Assembly (NCBI GenBank): GCA_013416795.1
Contig: RQSC01000757.1
Location: forward strand, 179,087-243,086
Source: Prasinococcaceae sp. CCMP 1430
Lineage: Eukaryota; Plantae; Prasinodermophyta
Direction: 5' to 3'
DNA length: 64,000 bases
Positions 1-12,800 of the stretch are shown here, piece by piece. The number at the start of each line of letters is the position of its first letter. The stretch's first letter is position 1. The notes beneath the pieces are model-generated. The model worked only from the letters and a program-made list of their open reading frames with translations. It did no database searches and was not told the DNA's origin. The position numbers were made by a program, and so were the translations under genes.

Positions 1-2
1 TG

Positions 3-2206
3 CACGTGGTCAACGGCAGCGCTGTGCGTGCCGCCGAGACGACCACGTCCTATTACGACGAGTCCAGTGGCATGACAGAAGAGCTCGCGGAAGGCTTCGC
101 GCTGGGCTGGGACGTAGAGGTACTATTAGACAGCGGCACGACGGTGTCCGTGGACGTACCGGTGGGGGCAATTGTCGACCCCGCCGGTAACGCCAACCAG
201 GTGGCATCCAACACGGCCACTCTGCGGCAGTACGTGGCGATGGGCGAAGCCGAGGTCGCCGCTACTATCTCAGCGGCTGCAGCGACAACAGTAGCCTTGT
301 CTGTTGGCACCTCGGTGGTTACATCGGTGGGGAGCTCCGTGGTGGCTTCGGCGGCGGCCTCGAGCGCCACTGCGGCACTGGGGACAAGCAGCATAGGGCT
401 GAGCAGCGCGCTGGGCTCGGCAGTCAGCGTGATTGGTGCCGTGCAGACGCTCGCTCTGTCGGCGTCGCTAGCAATAGAGCTGCCCCCAATGTATCAGCTT
501 GCCACCGACAGCGTCCAGTGGGCAATACTCGCGCAGCCCGCTGGCTCGACGCTCGAGTCCGGGGCGGTCGTCGCTACCGAGACTGCCGCCGGGAGGCGCA
601 GGCTGGTGGAAGCTGGCTTCGAGTCCTCGGGCGTATCCAACGTCACGGGGACAGCCGACGGCGCTTTGGATTCGCTGGTCCTGAGCTTGAGCTCGCTGAG
701 CACGCGTGATGAGCTCAGGCTGGTCGGGCTGGGTGCGCTTGGCATCGTCGTCGGCCTCACACCTCTGCACATGTGCGCCCTTGCAGCTTGGCGTCGCCTG
801 CTCAAAGCCGACCCGCCCAGAGTGATGGCGCTCGGGAGGATTGAAATGATGGCAGTGGCGGGGGCTCTCGTACCCATCACGAATAAGGCTGCCACGCTTG
901 CGGCCTCCGGCGTAAGCTCAGACGCTGCCGTGGGCGCGGGAGTGCTCGGCCTGGTCGGAATCATCCTCTGTTGCTTGCTGTACGTCATAGTCGTGAATCT
1001 TGTCCTGGAGGACACGCGCGCGGTCGTGTTTGTGCGCAAAGTGGACGATGGCAAGACCGCGCTCGCACCACTCAAAAAGACACCCCTGCGCCGCATCTCG
1101 ACCTTCTTCGCTGGGCGCATCGACGGCTCGCCCGCGGACTACGAATGGCGCGTGGCTGACGAGCGCAGAGGAAAGTACTTCCACAGGTAGGGTGCTCGCG
1201 CTTTGTTGGTACCCACGTAGGCGTGCTTGTGCGCACGGCTGACGTGCCCCCCGCTATTGCGCATGCGCGTACGCCCCGGCGTGCGCGTACACAATAGTGT
1301 TTTTGCATTTCTCTACGAGCAGACCGTGGGGCATGGCGCCCCGAACCAGACTCAGGCGCTGCGACCCGCAGATGATGCATCTCCGCGCGCCACGGACACG
1401 GCGTCCACGCGTCTGCCGCTGCAAGTGCGCAACGCATCGGAGCGCGTTGCGGCGTACGTGCGAGTGTTGTTCGCTCCATGTGCCCTGCTGGTGCTACCAG
1501 TGCTACAAGCGGCGGCGTACGGCGCCTACAGCACCACAAGCTTTCTTCTAAGCTCGATCGACCCCGCCGAGGACAGCAACAACACATTCAACCAGATTTA
1601 CATGGTGCTCAGCGTGTTTGCCACACAGCTGGTGTGGCTCTGTCTCACGAGCCCGTACATACACAAACTAAACCAAATGCTCCGAATGCTGGGCCTGCTC
1701 TGCGAGACTGCGGTTGTGCTCGTGGCGCTACGACTCGCTCTCCTGAGCGATCGCGTCACACCCGAGGAACAGGACACTGCAGGCGTGCTGCTGCTGGTCT
1801 TCGGGGCTCTGGGTGTCGTGCTCCCGCTCTCATACCACGCCATCATCACCATGCTGCAGGTGCGAGTGTTTTGGCAGCCCTTTCGCTGGAAGGTGCGCAG
1901 CCTGCGCAAGCGCGCGCTCCAGGTGAGGGCCATGCAGGATGGACCGGACGATGAAGCGCCTGCCCCGCCAGTGGAGCCGCCGCCGCCGCTGGCTACGTGG
2001 TTTGGCAACGGCACCGTGGGTGTCTCAAAGGTCAAGCCGGCGAGGGAGTGGCATGGTGCGGAAGAGGAGGTCGTCGGCATACAGGCTCGTATTCACCAGA
2101 CAAGTGCGGCCGTGGTGACGCCAGCACCGAGCGGCAGTGAGCTGCCGGCGTCCTTCCACCGCACTGTTGAGGGCAGGCTGGTGGACTCACAGAAGGCCGA
2201 GACGGC

Positions 2207-2287
<81 letters not shown>

Positions 2288-2429
2288 TCATCTGAATCAC
2301 ATTTCCGTGCCCCCAACGACGCCCCCCGCCCGAGGGTGGGCGCGGCACGTCACCTCGGTGCTCGCGCTCGCCCGCGGCCACGCGGGGACTCCCACCGGCA
2401 ACGGCTTTGGCTCGACGCCCCGATTCTGA
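3..2429 (+). CDS. 3' part of a large cell-surface multi-pass membrane protein (Ig-like repeat end, Ser/Ala-rich linker, several TM helices, PE-repeat tail); 5' end outside window; exons <3..1186 and 1298..2429
   Basis: ORFs 6..1190 and 1227..2429 join in frame across a GT-AG intron 1187..1297 (CAG|GTAGGG...AATAG|T), giving KYFH-S-VFAFLYEQ. Motif VPVGAIVDPAGNAN resembles bacterial Ig-like repeats; many hydrophobic segments follow. Confidence 0.65.
2208..2288 (+). repeat. (CCCGAG)n coding microsatellite encoding about 13 Pro-Glu repeats
   Basis: Perfect hexamer tandem seen directly; translates to PEPEPE... in the C-terminal tail. Confidence 0.95.
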
Positions 2430-2778
2430 GGGGGGCGCGGGACCCCCCTGGCTGAACCTGATGGCGCCACACGCATTCACATTGGTCATTAAATTAATAT
2501 CATTGTATCATGTACCCACGGGCGACACATCCAAGCAAATGCGAACGCCGCAACCCGATCCGGCCGATCCGGGCTCGCGATGTGGGGGGGCCACAGCGTG
2601 TGCGCGGAGCAGGGTTGACGGCATCCCCCTCCCCCCCCCTTCCCCCCCCCCCTTTCCCCGCCGGTTGTAGCCACGTCCGAGCTGTGTGCGCCCTGCGACT
2701 CCCACCCCGCCGCCTCTTCCTCCCCCCCCTCTGCCACGCTCGCGCGCGCACAGCCGAGGTTGGGCGTAGAGCGCGGCG

Positions 2779-3669
2779 ATGCTGGTGGGGAAGGCCCGCG
2801 CGGCCGCGGCGCGGCGCCCCGGCGACGGGTGTCGCCGCGGGGTGCCCGCGCCTGCGCCGAGGGAAGGGCGGCATGGGAGCGCGGGCGGGGCGCGGGACGG
2901 GCGGTGGAGGTGCGCTCGCGGAGCGGGCGGGGGCGAGGGCGCGCCCGACCAGGCCGAAAAGCTGGCCTCGGAGCGCCTGGAGCGGCTCGAGAAGCTGCTC
3001 GGGTCGGCAACCGCCGAGGGCGAGTCAGAGGGGGACGTGCGCTCGCGCGGGCGGGCGGACGCAGCACTCGACGCAGCGCCTCCGGCTGACGATGGGAGAA
3101 GGGACACCGGCGCGAGCTCGCTGCTTGGGGGCGTGCAGTCGACCCTGCGCACGGCGCTTCTGAGCGCTCGCAGCGCGCGCTTGAATGCGGTCGCCGTGGG
3201 GGGCGTGGTTGTTGTAGGCGACCGCGAGCTGCCCGAGCGCGGGCTGTATCGTGCAGCCGTGTACGAAGTCAGGGGAATCTTCTACTTGCGTCGCGGGGCA
3301 GCCCCAGCACTCAATGCCTCCGAAGTTCGCGAGAATCGCCTCGACACCATCGGCGACCAGCGGCGCCCTCCCGACGCCGACTTGTGGCTGGAGCTGTACT
3401 CCGAGAGATTCCACGCCCCCGAAGATGAGCGAGGGGAGGGCGAGAGCGCCAACGGCGGCAGCAAGCGCCGGCAAATCGACCCACTCCTGGGCGCACGCGG
3501 CGGGCCAGACGGCGGCAGGGGCACCCCAGTGTTGTGCCGTGCGTCTGAGCTGGATCTTCGCACGGTCGACGCCGAGATTGCAGAAGCGCTCTCGATCGCA
3601 GTGGTCCCGCTCTCGTTCTGGCTGACGTTCATCGCGCTCGTGCTGGCGTACGGAAATGCGACGCGCTGA
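2779..3669 (+). CDS. hypothetical protein with Arg/Ala-rich transit-peptide-like N-terminus and C-terminal TM helix
   Basis: 296-aa ATG-initiated ORF with host-like codon use; C-terminal hydrophobic stretch IAVVPLSFWLTFIALVLAY. No family recognised. Confidence 0.55.
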   Translation: MLVGKARAAAARRPGDGCRRGVPAPAPREGRHGSAGGARDGRWRCARGAGGGEGAPDQAEKLASERLERLEKLLGSATAEGESEGDVRSRGRADAALDAAPPADDGRRDTGASSLLGGVQSTLRTALLSARSARLNAVAVGGVVVVGDRELPERGLYRAAVYEVRGIFYLRRGAAPALNASEVRENRLDTIGDQRRPPDADLWLELYSERFHAPEDERGEGESANGGSKRRQIDPLLGARGGPDGGRGTPVLCRASELDLRTVDAEIAEALSIAVVPLSFWLTFIALVLAYGNATR

Positions 3670-3845
3670 GTGGACGACGCGCTCGGTGCATGTTCTCGTA
3701 TCATTAGGTGGAATTGTTAATGGTGGCCGTGCCGACACCTGTCCCCCGACCGCCGCGCGCCGACGCAGCGCTGCGCAGAGGGGGAGCACGTGCCTGCAGC
3801 GAGGCGCAAATATTAGATGGGTGGGCGCGCCCGGAGACGCACAGC

Positions 3846-6800
3846 TTAGTGCTGTGCGGTGAAGAATGCCGGAGCGTGCAGAATCCAGTTGTCAATGTCC
3901 GAGGCGGGGCAGGCCACCTCGAGCTCGCAGAGCGCTGCAGATCGGCCGTAATCAAAGTAGAGCGGCACACGCAGCATGGACGTCGAAGTAGACATGTCAG
4001 CGGCGGCATGGCCTCGCGCCACCCACTCGATGGCGCAAGGCGGAGCGGGCGCCAAGTTCGGCGCGTCCGGAGCGACCTCCACCAGCACACCGCCCTGGAT
4101 GGCGGCACCCTCAATGCTGAGGCCCTCGAGCAAGCAGCCGTTGGCAGGCGCCCCGGTCGCGGTGAAGCTCGTCCTCAGTGCGAGGGCCTCGAGCGGCACG
4201 CGCAGCCCGCGGGCCGCCTGCTGCGCCAGCGCCTTGAGGAAGCGCGCCGGGTTGAACAGCTGGCCCAGGTCGAGCGGGCGCGCCAGCAAGGAGCCATCGG
4301 TCGCAGCGCGCTGCCAGCCGTCCAGCGCGCCCGCGAGCCTCGCTGCAGCGCGGCAGTACGCGAGTGGCTCCTTGGGTCCCTCCCAGAGTGTGTCCCAGCT
4401 CGCGGGCACGCAGCTGGCGAGCAACGCCTCGGCGTCGGCCTTGGTTTCTGCCGTGAGCATGTCACGCCCGCGAAGCACCGCCCCGATGGCCGCCAGCGTC
4501 TGATCGATCGCGCGCACCACCTTTCGGCCGTTTGAGCCCTCGAGCTCAACAAAGGCAGCGATGGGCGACAGCTGAGTGTTGGCACCCCTGCCGCCGGCGC
4601 GCTTGAAGCCCTCCCTGAGCTGCGGCGCACCCGTCATGAGCGACTCCCACTGCCGCATAATGGGCCCTAGGCTCACCGCCCAGCGCTCGCGCGAGAAGCC
4701 CGACCCAGCTGTGGACGCCAGCAACGACGCCGAGCGCAGCTCCCGCAGGCGCGAGCGCACGCTGTCGGCGTTCGCCTGCACGACGGTGCGTTGGACGTTG
4801 GGCGACAGCGAGAAAAGCGCGGGTGTGTCGGCGTCGGGCATGCTCGCAATGAGTTCCAAGTAGTCCCTGTGATTCGTACTGGTGGGCAACAGCAAGCCCG
4901 TGCCCGGCATGGGCCTGCCGGAGACCGCCTGCTGGCAGAAGTACCGGCGTAGGTAGGCATTCAACACGCGCACGTCATACGGGTTGTCCACGCGGCCGCC
5001 ATAGATGGCCTGCGCGAGAAGGCCGTGCAGGTACTTCCACTTGATGCCGGATGAGTCCCCGCCCTTGCACGCGATCTCGAGGATGTCCGAGGCGCAGCGC
5101 AGGTCGGCGAAGGAAAATTCGTAGAACTTGGTCCAGCCTTGCACACCGTACGTCCGCCGCTCCTGCACGATCGCGTTGAACCACGCCAGGCAGAAGAGCA
5201 TCTGCGCGCGCGCTACCGAGCCCTGACCAACAAAAGTGGTGGGCCACGCGTCATACGAGCGCTGCAAGTTCTTCTTGATGCCCGGCGGTGACTCATACGA
5301 CACCTTGAGCGAGTTGGCGAGCAGGCCGGCGGGCACACCGTCGTGCTCCTGCGTCGTGCAGAAGAGGCGGAACGACTCGTGCGGCTCCAGCGCGTGGATC
5401 TCCTTCTCGAGAATGGGGAGGAACGAGAGCGACAGGTGCAGGTTCTTGAGACACAGCCAGTCGCCCTTGGCGGCACATTCGCGCAGCAGTGCCAGCGCCG
5501 GCTCCGCCTGGCCCTGGCCCATCGCAACCTGCCTGAAGCGCTCCAATCCTACCATGCGCCCGGCAAACTCCTCGAGCTCCTGCGATGGGTCACTGCCAGT
5601 CGACGTGATGAAGACCACCGGCTCGCTCGATATGCTCTCCGCGTGAAGCCTGGCCAGGCCGCCGCTCGGCGCAGGCAGCGTGCGGCAACCAAGAGCCTCA
5701 CACACGTACGCCTCCATCGCCGCCTGCAGCCTGTCAGGACGAACAGCGTCCACGAGCATGAGCCTCGCAAGCGGACTGGCGCTGCTCCCAGCGACGCCCT
5801 GCGGGAAGGAGGCTTCGCACTGCGGCTGAGCCGCCCACGAGGCCCACTCCTGCCCGGCCTGTGCGCACGCGTGACCAACCTCTGGGAAGGCCGATGCAAG
5901 CGCGGCGAACTTGTGCGCCCGCTCGTTCGGCACCCACGCTGGCGCGCGGCCGTCCGCGCCAGCGCCTCCCTCCATGGCCGCTTGGCCAAGGAAGTGATCC
6001 CACGCGGGGTCGGACATACCCTCCTCAGCGTCCAGCGTGTCGCCGCCGGCCGCCCTGCCAGCGATCGCCTCGGCAGCAATCGCGTGCGCCAGATGCATGC
6101 CAAAGGTGAGTCTGTCCGCCTTGAATAGCGTGCGTACCACGTAGCCGTGCACCAGCGATAACAGCGTGGCCAGCAGCACGCTCATGCGCGCGCCCAAGTC
6201 GTTGGCGGGCGCCTCCGACTCGAGCGCGCGCTCGAAGAGCCGCTGGAATGTCGACTGCGAGAAGCGGTACATATGTGACAGGTGCGAGAGGTCACCGAGC
6301 AGGAAGAACAGTGCAGCACCACGCGACGCGAGAGGCTTGTACACGCTGCGCTGCGCGTCAAGGGTCACCTGCAGCTTGTGCGCCTCCTCGAGGCTCTTCT
6401 CGATGGTCACAGCCTTCACCTTGGTCTCCTCTAGCGAGCTGATGAGCGCGCGATTCTCAAGCAGGTTGCCCTCCGAGGTGGCGAGCGCGTCCAGCAGCGC
6501 CTCCTCGAGCGTGACGAGCTCAAGGCGCAGCTCCTCCTCCTTCTTGAGGAGCTCGCTCTTTTGGCGTTCGAGCTCCGGCTGCTCGTGCGTGATGGCGATA
6601 CCCAGAAGCTGGCTCTCCACCCCGCCGCGCGTCACGTTGCAGTTGATCGACGTCACCAAGTGCCGCGCGTCGGGAGGCAAGCTCGGCGCAGGCGATCGCG
6701 TCACCAGGAAGAGCCTGAAGTCCTCGTTGTAGTCGACCAGCTTGTCGCCGACCTGCACGGCGAGCCGCGGGCCCTGGCGGACGAGGTCCTTACGTAGAAT

Positions 6801-9800
6801 GGGGTATAGGATCGGCTCGATGTGGTCGGCCTCGCGCACCACAATGGTCTTGCCGAAGCGCACGGCGAGCTCCAGCGCGTTGGTGAAGCGCTCCTCGTGC
6901 ATCGCCACGCTTTCCACGCTCGAGCCCGACGAATCGCCCTTGGCGCCCGAGCCGCGCAGGTGCGTTTCAAGCCAGTGCGCGGTGTGGCTCGAGGGGTCCA
7001 CGATGAGCGGCGGCTGCGTCGAATTGAGCACGCAGACGGCGTTGGCCGCGCTCAGAGGGTCTGCCGGCAGGCCCTCGGCCTTCCACAGCAGCATCTCGCT
7101 CTCGCTAGACATGAAGCGCGCCAGGTCGAAGCCTTCCATTCCCATTGCTGACGTCCACTGGCGCGTGTAGTTCGCTCGCATCTCTTCGGCCTGCGGCGCG
7201 AGATAAGTGATGGACGCTGCGGCGAGCATCATCTTCGTCGGCAGGGCAGTGACCTCCTACGAGAGCGAGCGCACCTGTCTCTCCCAGCGGCTCTTCTCGC
7301 CGCCGAGCTTTGAGAGCAGCGACTGAGCCGCACCCAGCTGCTCGGTGGCGCGCTGCAGGCCGAACTTGAGTTGCTCGGCCTCCATGGTGCGCTGCTGGAA
7401 GTCGGCCTTGAGCGCGGCTACGCGGTCGTCGAGCGTTGCGAGCTCCTCCTCGCACGCGCGCAGACGCACCCTGGACTCATCGAGTGATGCGCTCAAGTGG
7501 TCCATCTCGCTCTCGAGCGGCCCAATTTTGGCCAGGATGTACGAATACTGGACGTTGGCCTTCACCCACGCAGCGAGCGGCGCGGCGGCCACGCTGCTCT
7601 TGTAGATGACGGCATGCTCAAAGGAGTTGCCCTTCTGGCGCAGCAGTTTCTCGACGGCGTCGCGCGCCGCCGGGGTAATGTCGTGCGGGTCGAAGTTGAG
7701 GATCTGCTCCTTGACGCCCCGCACGCCCAGGAACTTCTTCATGGCGGTCCACGAGGTGTCCGCGCCGCCGAAGAGGCGGATGACTCCTTCGAGCACGTCG
7801 CGAATGGGGTCCGGCGGCACCTTGAGCGAGCGGATCTCTGTCAGGTTTTCGCTCTTGACTTGCCCCACGGCCGCCCTGGCAGCGTCCACCATGGGTTGGA
7901 TCTCCGCGAGCTCGGAGGCCACCGCGCCCTTGCGCTGCTTGAGTTCGGTCTCTTCCGTGCCCAGGCGCTGCTGCAGCACGGTGACCTCGTTGCGCGAGTC
8001 GCTCGCGCTCTGCATTGCGAGCGTGATCTGCCCCAGCGCCTGCTCCGCCTGCTCCTGCTTCTCCTCGAGCGCGGCGCGCTGACGCTGTGCCTGAACGCTA
8101 AGCTCATCGACTGTCGCCTCGGCTTCGGCGAGCTTCTGCAGGCCACTCGAAGTGGACGCGCGCTGTTTCAGAAGCGAGGCACGCTTCGCGCTGAACAGCG
8201 ACGCGTATGTGGCCACGAAGGCTACGAACTGGCGCGGCGTGGCACCCTCCAGCCGCTGCGTGTCGTGAATCGCTATCATCTGCGCGACGATGCGCTTGCC
8301 ATCGTCCTTGTTGCTCTCGGCAATCACGGCCTTGAGGAGCTTCGCAGGCACAGCCCCCATCCCCGTCGGCGACCATCCGTTGGTCCACAGCAGCGTGCAC
8401 CGCGTGAAAAGCGCCGGGTTGCTGTCGCACCGCAGCGAGTAGCCGTCGGCGGACGGATCCATCGACAGTACGATGCGGAGGTTGGCGCGAACGCGTACGA
8501 CGAAGAACTCGTACAGCGTACGGCACTTGAAGCGGAAGCCGTGCTGCGAGAATGCCTCCCTGAGCGGTCCCAGCGAGGTCTCGAGCTCCTCGTTGCTGAA
8601 GAGGCCGGGTATCTCCCCGCCGCTCAGCAAAGAGTTCAAGCACTCAAGGAATGTGGCCTCACCCAGGTTGTGGTCCTCCACGAAGAGCACGCAAGCCTCG
8701 CCCTCCACGCCGGCGCGCAGCATGGACGCCTTGAGGTCCGCGCGCAGTGCCTTGAGGTCGTAGCCGCGTCCCATCCTGAGCGTGACCATTTCGAGGCGCA
8801 GCGCGTACGCCGCCAGCGTGACCGCCGACCGGCGGCCAACGCCCGAGGGTCCATTGAGCAGAAGGCAGCCGCCCGGGTTGCTGAGCGCGCGTTCAATTCG
8901 CGCGATGCGCTGCACCACATCAGTAAAAAGAAAGATGTTGAGCTGCTTGAACTCGCGCTCGTAGCGCATCAGAAGGTCCTGGACGAGCGGGACGTAGTCA
9001 ACCACGGGCAGGCGAACCAGCTGCGGCGCAGTGGGCACGCTGTCGCCGCCGCCGCCACCCACCGGCGGGGGCACGGTGAGCGTCGTAAAGATGGTGTCGC
9101 GGGAATCGGGCGCCTGGCCCCAGTGGGAACGAAGCTGGTCCGTAAGAATGTCCTCGAAGCGCGCCTCGTCCTCGGCACTCACCATCCGGTCGCCGAAGTG
9201 CCGCCAGGCGGCGTGTGCAACCGCCTCGAGCACGGTACCGGCGCCGCCGCCGACCGCGTCGTAGCGACGCAGCGCCTGCGCCCACGCGGTCAGATCGCGC
9301 GGCGTTAGCTGGTAGTGGCGGTGCGTCTCGGCGCTGAAGGCTTCCCGCATGCCCTCGTACACGTCGAGGATGGTGCCCGCGAGTCTTGCGGCAGGCGCGT
9401 CGCCCGCCCACTGCGCGTCGTTGCCGCCGGTCATTTCCTTCAAGATGGGCACGAGCATGCGAGCGTAGACGTCCGTCAGCTGATCGCGGTCGGGGAAGGA
9501 CATGAAACCGAGCCGAACCACCGCCGTGAGGCGAGTGGTGAGCGCGTGGCGACCAACGGTGGTCTCCGGGTTCATAGTGCACACGATCTGGATGCGCTCG
9601 AGGGTAATGAACTCAAGCGAGTCGTCGTAATAGCCGTTGTACGTAACCAGCTGCTGCAGGAAGGATGAGAGCTGCGACGTGTCATACTTGTCGGGCTTGG
9701 GAAGATTGCACTCGCGCAGATACAGAATGAGGCGCTCGCTGTCGCGGGGCCGCAACACCTTGCCCACGGCAGTAGTGGCCGGCGCGCCACACATCTGCGA

Positions 9801-12800
9801 CAGCTTCTGCAGCACGGCGCGGGTGTCCGTCTGTGCCGAGCAGAAAATGGTCGCCACGCCCGCGCCGCTCAGCCGCTCGAAGCAGTGGGCAAGCAGCGTC
9901 GACTTGCCCGCGCCGTCGGGGCCCGACAGGATGACCGGCTCGCCGCGCTCCAGCCAGGGCATCACCAGTGCCGCATTTGCACGCATATCGTGGGTCGGCA
10001 CGAAGACATGTGCGGCATCATCGTCGCCATCGGCGTCGTCATCCTCATCGCCTTCACGATACGCCTCAGGCGGGCGCAGCAGTTCGTCGGCGAGCACCTC
10101 GCCACTCCAGCGCTCCACCTCTGCGTACAGCTCGTGGCGGGTGTCGAGCGGCAGGTTGGCGCCGAAGCCGCGCGCCACGCCAAGCGCGTAGCCGCGCGGC
10201 GTGGCGTCGTCGGGTCCGGTGGGCAGGCAGCTCAGCGCGTTGGCAATGAGGCCTGCACGCGTGGTGGGCACTGCCGGTGGGTGCGCCTGCGCCCAGTCGA
10301 GTGCCCTGTAAAAGAGGTCGGCGGTCGCACGCTCCGCGACAGGGCGCAGCTCCTCCGGTAGCGTCCCCAGCCACTTTCGCACCAGCAGCTTGGCGTCGAG
10401 GGCTTCCTCGCTCAGCACGATCATGCCCATGCGGCTCACGGTTGCACGGCTGGCGAACTCGAGCGAGTGCGTCTCGAACAGGAAGTTGACGTTGTGCGCG
10501 AACTGGATGCGCTCGCCATTAGGGACTATTCGAGCTCGCGCCGAGCCAGGCAGCGCGGGTGGCGCCTGTCAGCGCCGTGCACGTGCCATCCATACGATGC
10601 GCGGGCGGCGGGGGGAGCTCTCGGACGCAGAGCGCTCGCGAGGCAGAGAGCGCACACAAAACATCGAGCTGCAAGGGGCGTGGCGTCAGCGCACCGCGCC
10701 AGCTGGCACCACGTACGCGTCATGAGCTTGTTGTCGTCGAGCACGCTGTTGAGGCTCTCAATCCACACGGGGTCGACATCGCCGTCGATGACGATCCAAC
10801 TGTGCGTGTCGAGGCTTTCGCGCACAACCTGTCTGGCGGCGGCCACCATGACGCCGTCGTGCATCTCGCGAGTGTCCGGGTCCATGTAACCGAGGAGCTG
10901 CTCGCGTGGGATGGCCTTGGGATTCATGACGTGCAGCTTGGGCGCACCCGCCGGCGTCTTGGCCAGCGCCAGCTCCAGAATGCGCCACAGCGTCGTCTTC
11001 CCGCAGCCCGAGGGCCCGACGACGACCACGCCGATGCGCTGCGACAACGCGACGTGCAGCTGCATGACCTTCTGCACGTGCGCGTCGACCACCTCCAGCC
11101 CCATGTCTGACATCGCCGCGCGGATGGCCGCTTCCATGTTGGCGTCGCCCGAGTCGTCCACGCGCACGCCGACGAACACATCGCCCACGAGCGCGTTGAA
11201 GCGCGCGACGTCCACGTGGGCGAGCTTGGGCAGCGTGCACACCCGCAGCGCGCGCACCAGCAGCTGCGACTCGAGCGACTCGTCAATGACGGATCCCCTC
11301 TCGCGCTCGGCCTGAAGGAGCACCCCGGCGATAGACAGCGCGGTCTTCATGCTGCGTAGGCCCCAGTCGTATTGCACAGCCGCGCTGAGCAGCGCCTTCG
11401 AGGTGTCGAAGACCGCGACCAGTTTGCGCCCGAGCGCGCGCGCGTGCGCGTACCCCTCGCCGAGCAGCATCACCTCCGAGATGAGCTCGTTATTCGGCTT
11501 GGACATGGCTACCTGGCGGAAGAGCGCCTTGAGGTTGTCCGGCAGCTTGGAGCGACCCCCGTAGCCCTTGCCCGCTGGGTTGAGCGTGACGAAGATGCCA
11601 GCATTCTTGTTGACGTCCACGGTCCGCCCCAGGAACTCCATGGTCTCGGCACGCTGCTTGAGCGCGAACTGAATCGTTTGGATCTGCTGAGAGACCGCGC
11701 TGAGCACGTCGGGGAGCAGGCGGTTGAACTCGTCGAAGCAGCCCCACGCGCCGCATTTGGCGAGGCCGACGAAGATGCGCGCCATCGCGTGCATATCGAA
11801 GGCCTCATCGCAATTAAAAACCAGGCACTGTCGGCCGAAGGCCTGCGCCAGCGACTTGACACTCTCTGTCTTGCCGGTGCCTGCGGGCCCGTAGGGGTTG
11901 CCGCCCGCGCCCAGGTGCATGGCGGCCGTCAGCGTCAGATAGCACTTGTCCGTGAGCGGTGTGTACACGAGCTTGGGCGCGTTGCCCTGGTACTCGAACG
12001 TGTAGTCGCCGTAGTACTCGCCCATGGCGCACGCCGCGCCGCCGCCCTTTGTGGCGTAGTACCGCAGTTGGCGATACCACGTGTAGTCGTCGAGCGAGCG
12101 CACGCCAGCGTCGGCCAGCTGATCAACCACGTCGATCAGATGGATGACGTCAAGGACGAGCGCTTTGATCTTGAGGTTGAGCACCTTGTGGCCCGTGACA
12201 TTCAGGCTCGTGTACTCGCGCAGCTGCTCGCTGAGCTTGCCGTGAAGCTGCTTGAGCGTCCCGCCCCTGATGGCCGCCTCGGCCTCCTGTGTGAAGTGCA
12301 CGGCGTCAGCGAGGCCTAGCACCTGGCTAGGGATGGCGTCGTAGTCCTTCTCAGCCAGGCAGCGCTTCAGAAGGCCCTTGAGCGTGCCGACCATCTCCAC
12401 GGAGAGCGCACCGAGCCACTCCTCGACGGAATCCGTCACGGCGACAGGCCGAGCGAGCGGCACGACTTCGCCGGCGGCCGACTGCATGCCCACGATGGCC
12501 TTGTTCTCTGCGCCGAAGCGCACGGTGTGCACGCCCGCAAAGAGCTTTTTGAGGTGGCTCTGGATGACGGTGGGATCCTTGGACTGGCCGAGGATCTGCA
12601 GCAGGTCGTCGTCACCGATGAAGTAGAAGCGGGGAAACATGGAGCGCTTCTGCTCCAAGAAGACGGCCAGGGCCTTCTGGCAGTGTTCGAGCTGCTCCGT
12701 CATCCGGGGCAAGATGTGGAGCAGGCGTGGAAACTCGGAGAACGACACCACCAGCGGGTCGTTCTTCACGGCGCCCATGATGCGGCGGAAGTCGTCGTCG

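Noticed and set aside
7257-7259. Genome-wide TAG reassignment or pyrrolysine/selenocysteine as the cause of the dynein stop
   Set aside because: TAG ends several other genes here (SULTR, FHIT, oxidoreductase), the codon is not TGA, and no other internal stops were seen.
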